From contig CAVXKA010000001.1 of NCBI GenBank assembly GCA_963762255.1, forward strand, positions 768,001 to 832,000: a stretch of 64,000 bases of DNA, given 5' to 3'. Of this stretch, positions 56,750 to 64,000 are shown in pieces. The DNA is from Candidatus Eiseniibacteriota bacterium (GTDB lineage: Bacteria > Eisenbacteria > RBG-16-71-46 > JABDJR01). Both the position numbers and the translations under genes were made by a program. Each line of letters begins with the position of its first letter. The stretch's first letter is position 1. The notes beneath the pieces were generated by a model. The model was given only the letters and a program-made list of their open reading frames with translations, had not been told where the DNA came from and did not search any database.

Positions 56750-58438
56750 TTGCCATTGAGCATCAGGTCGTTGGCTCGAACGCTGGGACCGCTCCTTGTC
56801 GCCTTTGCCCTCATGCTCTGGCTTGGCGGGTGGTTTCTGCAGCAGAGCGTTCTGGCCAACTCCGGACGGCTGGTCTACGCCCTCGACGATGCCTACATCC
56901 ACTTGGCCATGGCCAAGAACATCGCGCTGTACGGTACGTGGGGCATCACTCCCCACGAGTTCTCGTCCAGCACGTCCTCGCCTCTCTTCACGCTGGTGCT
57001 CGGTGTTCTCGCACGGTTCGTCGGTCGGATTGAACTGCTGCCGCTGATCCTGAACGGGTTGTTCGCCTCGGCAATCCTGGTTGTCTTCGCCCGCCGGTGG
57101 GCCCCCGTGGGTGGTGGGGCGGCAACGATCCTAGCCGGTCTTCTGCTGCTTCTGTTCTTGACTCCTCTCGTTCCGCTCGCCTTGACGGGCATGGAGCACA
57201 CGCTTCACATACTGCTCTCCCTCCTGTTCTTGGGCGGCTTGTGGGACGTCCTAGACCACCGCCGGCCCGATCGATCCAGCCTTGTCGTCCTGTTCGGAAG
57301 CGCGGCTCTGCTCCCTCCGACCAGGTATGAGGGACTGTTCCTGGTATTCATGGCCTGCCTGGTCCTGCTCCTGCGCGGGAGGTGGAAGCTTTCGTTGGGT
57401 TTGGGCGCGTGCGCTTGGCTGCTCATCGTCCCGTATGGAATCTGGAGCAGGGTTCATGGGTGGTTCTTCCTTCCCAACTCGCTGCTGATCAAGGGAGAAC
57501 TGCCCTCCTTGAACAGTTGGTGGGGTTGGTTGATGGCATTGGGAGGGCGAAGCCTTCTCGTCGTCTCGGCGCAGCCGCACCTCCTGGCTCTGCTCGCCGC
57601 CTCGCTGCTCCTATTGATTTGGAGGAACCAGGGGTTATCCGCGGGCCGAGAAGGGATCGGGGACAACCCGGCCCGTCAGTCGATGTTGATCGTCTTCGCC
57701 GGCACCGTCCTCCTGCACACGCAATTCGCCAAGGTGGGAGCGTTCTATCGGTATGAAGCCTACCTCGTGGCGATGGGCATTTTCGTGCTCGGTCTGGCCA
57801 TCCTTCCGACGCTCAGGAGATCGACGCGGTCTCGATGGCAATGCGCAGGTCTGGCGCTGCTGATCCTCCTCGGGCTGACCCCGATGATGGTGCGAGGCGC
57901 AGCGGCGATGCGCGACACGGTAACCGCAACGCATAACATCTACGAGCAGCAGTACCAGATGGGCCTGTTCGTAGAACGGTTCTTCGACGGCGAGGCGGTC
58001 ATCGTCAACGACATCGGAGCGGTTGCCTTTCTGTCTGAGCCCCGCGTGCTGGATCTGGTCGGTCTGGGCAGCATCAAGGTTGCCCGGGCTCGGCTGGACA
58101 AGACGTTTACCGTGGAGTTCATCGCCGATATGGCGCGGCAAGAACATGCTCAGGTGGCCATCCTCTACCCCAACTGGTTCCCGGATTTGCCCCGCGATTG
58201 GGTGGAAGTGGCCCGCTGGTGGACTCCCGGATGCATTGCGTGCGGGGGCGAGGTGGTGGCGTTCTACGCATTGGATCGGGAGGGGGCGTACCGTCTCATT
58301 GATGGGTTGGTGCAGTTCGAGTCGGAGCTTCCTTCCGGGGTCCGGCGCTGGTTCTCCGCCAGTCTGCCTCCGGAGTTTACAGAGCGGATTCCCCCCCGCG
58401 CTCTTGAGAGCGAGGGCGGCCCCGACGGGGGCAAGTAG
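56750..58438 (+). CDS. Polytopic membrane protein, GT-C-like glycosyltransferase
   Basis: YALDDAYIH..AKN, SSSTSSPL, GMEH, TRYEG, PNS and NDIGA motifs; start uncertain. Confidence 0.75.
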   Translation: MPLSIRSLARTLGPLLVAFALMLWLGGWFLQQSVLANSGRLVYALDDAYIHLAMAKNIALYGTWGITPHEFSSSTSSPLFTLVLGVLARFVGRIELLPLILNGLFASAILVVFARRWAPVGGGAATILAGLLLLLFLTPLVPLALTGMEHTLHILLSLLFLGGLWDVLDHRRPDRSSLVVLFGSAALLPPTRYEGLFLVFMACLVLLLRGRWKLSLGLGACAWLLIVPYGIWSRVHGWFFLPNSLLIKGELPSLNSWWGWLMALGGRSLLVVSAQPHLLALLAASLLLLIWRNQGLSAGREGIGDNPARQSMLIVFAGTVLLHTQFAKVGAFYRYEAYLVAMGIFVLGLAILPTLRRSTRSRWQCAGLALLILLGLTPMMVRGAAAMRDTVTATHNIYEQQYQMGLFVERFFDGEAVIVNDIGAVAFLSEPRVLDLVGLGSIKVARARLDKTFTVEFIADMARQEHAQVAILYPNWFPDLPRDWVEVARWWTPGCIACGGEVVAFYALDREGAYRLIDGLVQFESELPSGVRRWFSASLPPEFTERIPPRALESEGGPDGGK

Positions 58439-58439
58439 G

Positions 58440-60062
58440 TTGATTACCGTGCGCACGCGTGTCTATACCCTCATGGGGTGGGCGCTGCTGATCCCGATCG
58501 TCTATCTGGGGCCGGTATCCCTCGCTCGCTACGCCCCCGGCGCACCGCTTATCGTGGGGATATTCTCCGTGCTCGCGCTCGGGGCGGTCGGGGTCTACGC
58601 GAGGACGAACCTCATGGACCGGGTAGCGGGAAGACTCGGCGGAGCGGCCCCGATTCTGCTGGGGTTCACCGTAGCGCTCTATACCGCGGTCTCCGTGTAC
58701 TTGGCTCATGGCCGCCTCGTCGAGTTCAGTCCGCACCTGAGTCAGTTGGGCATCTTCGCGCAGTCGGCGTGGACGACGCTTCACGGCCATTTCTTCGCCA
58801 ACACCCACGAGACGGTGGACGGTTCGTTGGGGGGGCACTTCGGCATACACTTCTCTCCTACCTTGCTTCTCTTGGTGCCCCTCTATGCCGTCTGGCCGTC
58901 ACCACTCTCGCTGATGGTTGCACAGGCCCTCGCCCTGGCCCTGGCTGTGTTGCCGCTGTACTTGCTCCTGCGTCCGCACGCAGGGTCCCTGGGGGGATCG
59001 CTGCTGGCCGCCGGACTGTTGGGTCTGCCGGTCATGGCTCGGGCCGGCCACAACGACTTCCACGACGCGACCTTTCTGCCCGTCTTGCTCCTGACCGCGG
59101 TTTGGGCTCTGGAGACCGGAAGGAGGAAGGCCTTTCTCCTGGCCGCCGTCGCTGCCCTCGGGGTGCGGGAGGACACAGGCCTGACCCTGGCGGCACTGGG
59201 CCTGTACGCCGGAGTCCGAAGGCTGGGCTGGGGACACGCCATCCGGATCGCCGCCCTGGGTCTGGTGTGGTTCCTGGTGGTGGTGCGGGTGGTCATGCCG
59301 CGGTTCTGGTCGCCCGGACTCTGGATGGACGCGCAGACATTCCTGGGATACCACTTCGGGAAGTGGGGGGATGCCCCGATCGACGTCACCGTCGCCATGC
59401 TCACGCACCCCGTGGAGCTGATTCGCCAAGCCATGGCTCGTGACCGGCTGCACTATGTCTACGGCCTTCTCCAGCCCATGCTGCTTCTTCCAGTCCTGGG
59501 AAGCCCGGCTTGGATTGTTGGGATTCCGGCGTTGGCAGTGAACGTCCTCTCCAACCACCAGTGGATGCGACAGGGCCTGAAGTACTACTCGATCATCCCC
59601 ATTCTCTTTGCCTACTTGGCGACGGCTAGAACGGCAGCCAAGCTGGCTCGATGCCCGACGGAGCTTCCCAGGCCGGCTAACGGTTTGGTGGTAGGGCTGG
59701 TAGTGATCGCGGGCCTTCTCCCCGCCCTGTTTCTCAATAGCCCCCCGGTGCCTCGACCCTCACCGCCTGCGGCGCCCACGCGGGCCGTATTGGAACGCAT
59801 TCCGCCGGATGTCGGCGTGTACGCTCCCATCGGGATGTATCCGCACTTGGTCAACCGCGAGTACGCCGCCTGTTGGGAGAGTCTGGGAAGACGGATTCAG
59901 GAACCCGGCATCCTCGGGCGCTACGATTGGATCGTGCTCTGGCCGGACGGCGATCCGCCGGATGAGTCGCGGGACGCCTGGGTGGCCGAGTGGATGGCTG
60001 GAGAACCGGAGTTCCAACGGGTGGACGGGTTCTCGCCGTTCTTGGTCTACACGCGGCGGTGA
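58440..60062 (+). CDS. DUF2079-family membrane protein (GT-C-like)
   Basis: LGIFAQ..W, HFGIHFSP.L, L..AQA, DFH and VRED motifs; start uncertain (TTG 58440 or GTG 58449). Confidence 0.8.
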   Translation: MITVRTRVYTLMGWALLIPIVYLGPVSLARYAPGAPLIVGIFSVLALGAVGVYARTNLMDRVAGRLGGAAPILLGFTVALYTAVSVYLAHGRLVEFSPHLSQLGIFAQSAWTTLHGHFFANTHETVDGSLGGHFGIHFSPTLLLLVPLYAVWPSPLSLMVAQALALALAVLPLYLLLRPHAGSLGGSLLAAGLLGLPVMARAGHNDFHDATFLPVLLLTAVWALETGRRKAFLLAAVAALGVREDTGLTLAALGLYAGVRRLGWGHAIRIAALGLVWFLVVVRVVMPRFWSPGLWMDAQTFLGYHFGKWGDAPIDVTVAMLTHPVELIRQAMARDRLHYVYGLLQPMLLLPVLGSPAWIVGIPALAVNVLSNHQWMRQGLKYYSIIPILFAYLATARTAAKLARCPTELPRPANGLVVGLVVIAGLLPALFLNSPPVPRPSPPAAPTRAVLERIPPDVGVYAPIGMYPHLVNREYAACWESLGRRIQEPGILGRYDWIVLWPDGDPPDESRDAWVAEWMAGEPEFQRVDGFSPFLVYTRR

Positions 60063-60164
60063 CCCGACCCCGTGCGCGAACGCTCGGCAAGTCGTCGATC
60101 ACGTTGACGCCGGAGACGCCCGCGTAAGTGGGTCAAAGCCGGGGAGGCCTGCTACGATTCGTGC

Positions 60165-61439
60165 ATGCTGCCACATGTGGTCATCGTCGGGGCCGGTTTC
60201 GGGGGACTGGAGGTGGCGCGCGGGCTCGGCGGCGCCCGCGTGCGCGTCACGGTGCTGGATCGCAGTAACCACCATCTGTTTCAGCCGCTTCTATACCAGG
60301 TGGCAACAGCGGGTCTCTCCCCGGGCGATATCGCATCACCCATCAGGCGCGTGCTTGCCCGGTATGAGAACACGCAGGTGCTGCTGGCAGACGTACAGCG
60401 GGTCGATGTCGCGCATCGCGTGGCGGTGCTGGCCGAGCAGAGAATTCCCTATGACTACCTCGTGCTCGCAACCGGTTCCTCGCATGCGTACTTCGGTCAT
60501 CCGGAGTGGAGTCGCTCGGCACCAGGGCTGAAGACCCTCGATGACGCACTGGACATCCGCCGACGGGTGTTGACTGCTTTCGAGGACGCGGAGCGGCAAC
60601 CGGATGAGGATGAGCGGCAGCGGCTCCTGACGTTCGTGATCGTCGGAGGCGGGCCGACCGGCGTGGAGCTGGCGGGCGCGCTCGCCGAGATCGCGCACCA
60701 CACCCTTGCCCACGAGTTCCGACGGATCGACCCCGCGAGCGCAAAGATCATTCTGGTCGAAGGCGGCCCAACGATCCTATCCGCGTATCCCGAGTCCCTG
60801 CGCACCGCAGCGCGTCGTTCGCTGCGCCGGTTGGGTGTTGAGGTGCGTGAGGGCGCGGTCGTGACCGGCATCGAGTCCGGACTTGTCCGCATGAAGGAGG
60901 AGACGCTGCGGGTCGGCACCGTGCTCTGGGCGGCTGGAGTCGCGGCGTCGTCACTTGGCGCGTCGCTCGGAGTGCCGCTCGATAGGGCGGGCCGCGTTGT
61001 GGTGGAACCGGAGCTCAGCATCCCTGGGTACCCGGAGGTCTTCGTCATCGGCGATCTCGCGTCGTTCACACATGGCGGGGATCAGCCCTTGCCCGGGGTG
61101 GCACCGGTCGCGCAGCAGCAGGGCAGACACGCGGCAGAGAACATCCGGAGCATTGTGCGCGGGGAATCCCCCGAACCGTTCCAATACAAGAACTGGGGAA
61201 ACCTGGCGACGATCGGCCGAGGCTCGGCGATTGCAGACTTCGGGCGCTTACGGCTGTCGGGATATATCGCCTGGCTCGCTTGGCTCTTCATCCACGTCAT
61301 GCGCCTTGTGGGGTTCCGCAACCGCGCGGCCGTGTTCTTCGAGTGGGCCTGGGCGTACGTCACCTACCAGCGGAGCGTTCGGCTCATTACTGCGGCGGGA
61401 GACGAGGCGAGCGGGCAGAATCGCCGAGCGCCCGGGTGA
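60165..61439 (+). CDS. ndh: Type II NADH dehydrogenase
   Basis: VVIVGAGFGG, HLFQPLLYQVATA, APGLKTLDDA, VGGGPTGVELAG, LWAAGV, IGD and LATIGR. Confidence 0.93.
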   Translation: MLPHVVIVGAGFGGLEVARGLGGARVRVTVLDRSNHHLFQPLLYQVATAGLSPGDIASPIRRVLARYENTQVLLADVQRVDVAHRVAVLAEQRIPYDYLVLATGSSHAYFGHPEWSRSAPGLKTLDDALDIRRRVLTAFEDAERQPDEDERQRLLTFVIVGGGPTGVELAGALAEIAHHTLAHEFRRIDPASAKIILVEGGPTILSAYPESLRTAARRSLRRLGVEVREGAVVTGIESGLVRMKEETLRVGTVLWAAGVAASSLGASLGVPLDRAGRVVVEPELSIPGYPEVFVIGDLASFTHGGDQPLPGVAPVAQQQGRHAAENIRSIVRGESPEPFQYKNWGNLATIGRGSAIADFGRLRLSGYIAWLAWLFIHVMRLVGFRNRAAVFFEWAWAYVTYQRSVRLITAAGDEASGQNRRAPG

Positions 61440-61522
61440 GTCCCCGCGGGCTCGCCCCATGGAACTTCGTCGGCCATCGGGGGATGACAGCCCCAACAGG
61501 GTCTACTAGACTGCCCAGCGAA

Positions 61523-63073
61523 ATGGAACGGTATCCCCGTGACCGCGGTGGCATCTCCAGAACCGATCTCATCCCCGGTGCCGTTCTAGTCGCGGCGATC
61601 TGTTCCTCGCTCGCCTTCGCCGGCATGCGTCTCGCGCACCGAAGTCTCTGGCTCGACGAGGCGTACAGCATCTACATTTCCAGCGCGAGTCTCAGCAGCC
61701 TCGTGACCTACCTGGTGAAAGATAACGGCCCGCCTGCCTATTATGTGATCCTCCATTTCTGGATGAACGTCTTTGGATCCAGCGAGGCGGCCACGAGGTC
61801 CCTGTCCGCTTTGTTCTATCTGGCCGGCGGCGTCTCGATCTTCGCCTTGGGGAAGTATCTATTCGGTCGATATGCCGCGCTCTGGTGCAGCGTCCTCTAT
61901 CTTGCGAGTCCACTTGCCATCGTCCATAGCCAGAATGTACGCATGTATGCCATGTTGGGGCTGGCGGTCATTGGCTCGACCTTCTGCCTCTTCAAGCTGG
62001 CGCGCGGGGAAAGCCGTTCTCTCGGTCGGGCCATTGCCTATTCCGCTGTGAGTGCCCTGGGAACGCTGACGCACTATTGGTTCTTCTTCGTTCTCGCCGC
62101 CCATGCCGTCGCGGCATTCGTGCTGGCTTCCCGATCGGGGCGGGTAGGGATCTGGCTCGCCATCGGGCTCGCCATGGCGCCGTTCGTGACGCTCTGGGGC
62201 CCGGTCTTCCTGGTCCAGTTGAACAATGAGTCTACGTACTGGTTCCCCAGAGTTGGAACGGCACGGGCGCTCTGGGATACGTGTTGCGACTTCTTCGGAA
62301 GCCGCGGCGCGGTGCTCATCGTCCTGGCGGTGGGAGTGTCCGTGATCGCCAGCCGGAGGCGACTCAAGTCCGCCGGCGTCTTTGCGGGCCTTCGTAAAGA
62401 CCGAACGCTTCTTGCGCTCGCGGTGATCCTTGCCGTTTCGATCCTGGTGCCCCTGGGTATCTCGCGGGTCAAGCCGATCTACTGTGCGGGGCGGTACATG
62501 ATCGTGGCGTTACCGGTTGCCTGTCTCTTGATGGGTGGACTCCTGGATCGCGTCGGGAACAGGATGGTAGTCTCAGGTCTCTGCTGCGCACTGCTTGTCC
62601 TGGCTTCGGCGCGGGTCTACCGGGATCGGACGGCGGCGGAGATCTGGTCCGATAGAATCGCGGGGGACTATCTGGGCGTGTCGGCCAAGGACGGAGATGT
62701 GATCATCTTCACGAGCCTCTCCCGGTTGCCGGTGGAGTACTACGTCAAGCGCGCGACGGGGGGAAAGAGAATCGAGGTGATCTCCTTTCCTTCGGATCCG
62801 GGTGAGAGCCCTATGGCGTTGAACGTGCGGCACTCGCCGGCTCGTGAGGCGGCTCTCCACGAGGAGTCGGAGGTCCTGGTGAGTCGGCTGACGGAGGCCC
62901 TGGAGGACGGGGCCACCGTGTGGCTTGTCGAGGAGGACGGAGACTTGGCCAGCGAGATCTTGCGTGGAGCGCTCGACGAGGTCGGAAACCCGGCAAACGT
63001 GATTCGGATGAAGGGTTCTTATCACGATGCGCTGCGGGTCTATGCGGGCCGAGGGCGTGGAGCTGCGCGGTGA
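61523..63073 (+). CDS. GT39/ArnT/PMT-family membrane glycosyltransferase
   Basis: SLWLDEAYS, PPAYY.ILH.W, SE...RSLS, SQNVRMYA and THY; alternative start at 61484. Confidence 0.85.
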   Translation: MERYPRDRGGISRTDLIPGAVLVAAICSSLAFAGMRLAHRSLWLDEAYSIYISSASLSSLVTYLVKDNGPPAYYVILHFWMNVFGSSEAATRSLSALFYLAGGVSIFALGKYLFGRYAALWCSVLYLASPLAIVHSQNVRMYAMLGLAVIGSTFCLFKLARGESRSLGRAIAYSAVSALGTLTHYWFFFVLAAHAVAAFVLASRSGRVGIWLAIGLAMAPFVTLWGPVFLVQLNNESTYWFPRVGTARALWDTCCDFFGSRGAVLIVLAVGVSVIASRRRLKSAGVFAGLRKDRTLLALAVILAVSILVPLGISRVKPIYCAGRYMIVALPVACLLMGGLLDRVGNRMVVSGLCCALLVLASARVYRDRTAAEIWSDRIAGDYLGVSAKDGDVIIFTSLSRLPVEYYVKRATGGKRIEVISFPSDPGESPMALNVRHSPAREAALHEESEVLVSRLTEALEDGATVWLVEEDGDLASEILRGALDEVGNPANVIRMKGSYHDALRVYAGRGRGAAR

Positions 63074-63141
63074 CGGTTCCGGGCCTGGGCCGTGATGCAT
63101 GCGTGGAGGGGTGCGGCGCCGGAGGATCGGGAGGCCAAGAC

Positions 63142-63813
63142 ATGCTGTGGACGGCCATCGAGCGCGGGCTCGGACCGCGGCGGACAAAGCCGCTCGAGTT
63201 CGCCCTAGCCCGTGAGATCTTATCGTCCGACTCGGTGCTCGACGTGGGCTGCGGAACCGAGTCCCCCCTGACCGCCCTCCCGGTCCGCCCGTCGCGGCTG
63301 GAGGGGGTGGACGGTCATAGCCCCGCGATCGAGGCGAGCCGCCGTCGCGGCGGCCACGACGCTTTCCATCAGCTCGACCTGCGCAGGCTGGCCGGGGCCT
63401 TCCCCCCCCGCTCCTTCGACGTGGTGGCAGCGCTGGACGTCCTGGAGCACTTCGAGAAGGAGGACGGTGTCCGTTTCCTGGAGGCCCTGGAGACGATCGC
63501 CGCGCGGAAGGTGATTGTCTTCACGCCGAACGGGTTCCTCTTCCAAGGAGAGGTAGGCGGCAACCCTTTCCAGATGCACCGGTCGGGATGGGACGCGGCG
63601 GAGATGGTCGCCCGCGGATACCGGATCACCGGTATCCACGGATGGAAGCCGTTGCGCGGGAGCGAGGCCGGGATCCGCTTCCGCCCGGGCAAACTCTGGA
63701 CCACGATCAGTTGGCTGAGCCAGGGGCTGGTCGAGGCCCGCCCCGCCCATGCCTTCCAGCTCTTCTGCGTCCTCGACCTCGGCGGGGATGCCGGCGCGGC
63801 GTCCGGTGGCTGA
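63142..63813 (+). CDS. Class I SAM-dependent methyltransferase
   Basis: VLDVGCG, FDVV.ALDVLEH, FTPNG and NPFQ.HRSGW. Confidence 0.88.
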   Translation: MLWTAIERGLGPRRTKPLEFALAREILSSDSVLDVGCGTESPLTALPVRPSRLEGVDGHSPAIEASRRRGGHDAFHQLDLRRLAGAFPPRSFDVVAALDVLEHFEKEDGVRFLEALETIAARKVIVFTPNGFLFQGEVGGNPFQMHRSGWDAAEMVARGYRITGIHGWKPLRGSEAGIRFRPGKLWTTISWLSQGLVEARPAHAFQLFCVLDLGGDAGAASGG

Positions 63814-64000
63814 GCGCGGCGATCTTGCCATCGCCTTTCGCGTCTACCCCGGCGTGTCGAAACGGCCGGTCGTCCATGCCGGGGACAAGGCCGCCCTCGT
63901 GCGCCTGGGCCTGGCCTCCCTGCGCCGCGCGCTCGGCGGTCTCCGCGTCCGGGTCCATGCGATCCTCGACGGCTGTCCGCCGGAGTACGAGGACCTGGTT
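63806..64000 (+). CDS. Probable glycosyltransferase (GT-A-like), partial at the right window edge
   Basis: Manual translation from GTG 63806 gives MAERGDLAIAFRVYPGVSKRP...DK..L...SL..ALG.LRVRVHAILDGCPPEYEDL; open to the window end. Confidence 0.55.
   Translation, partial: MAERGDLAIAFRVYPGVSKRPVVHAGDKAALVRLGLASLRRALGGLRVRVHAILDGCPPEYEDLV

Overview
GC-rich genomic window from a diderm bacterium. MqnD, a TonB-dependent receptor and secreted proteins with C-terminal FlgD-Ig/T9SS-like tails suggest an Eisenbacteria/Krumholzibacteria/Latescibacteria-like lineage, but this is inference only. Most of the window is housekeeping and envelope genes: LarA-family racemase, CDF transporter, nadE, mqnD, yqeY, macrodomain, YciO, VIT1, tdk, two MprF-type genes, wecB, hflKC, maeB, a radical SAM fusion, ndh and several GT-C-like membrane glycosyltransferases. 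A variable region at about 12.2-21.6 kb holds attC-like integron sites with no integrase in the window, small cassette-like genes, and intact, orphan and remnant toxin-antitoxin modules. It also holds a ~1210-aa DUF4062-STAND NTPase protein with eight exactly phased 43-aa helical repeats, a candidate NLR-like defence protein. That gene is bracketed by a 152-bp diverged duplicate of the 3' end of the neighbouring gene. Other notable signals are a structured intergenic RNA candidate (2182-2375) and a secreted protein with a C2H2-like finger behind a sigma54-like promoter and a perfect 30-bp palindrome. All family assignments come from motif recognition by eye; no database searches were run.
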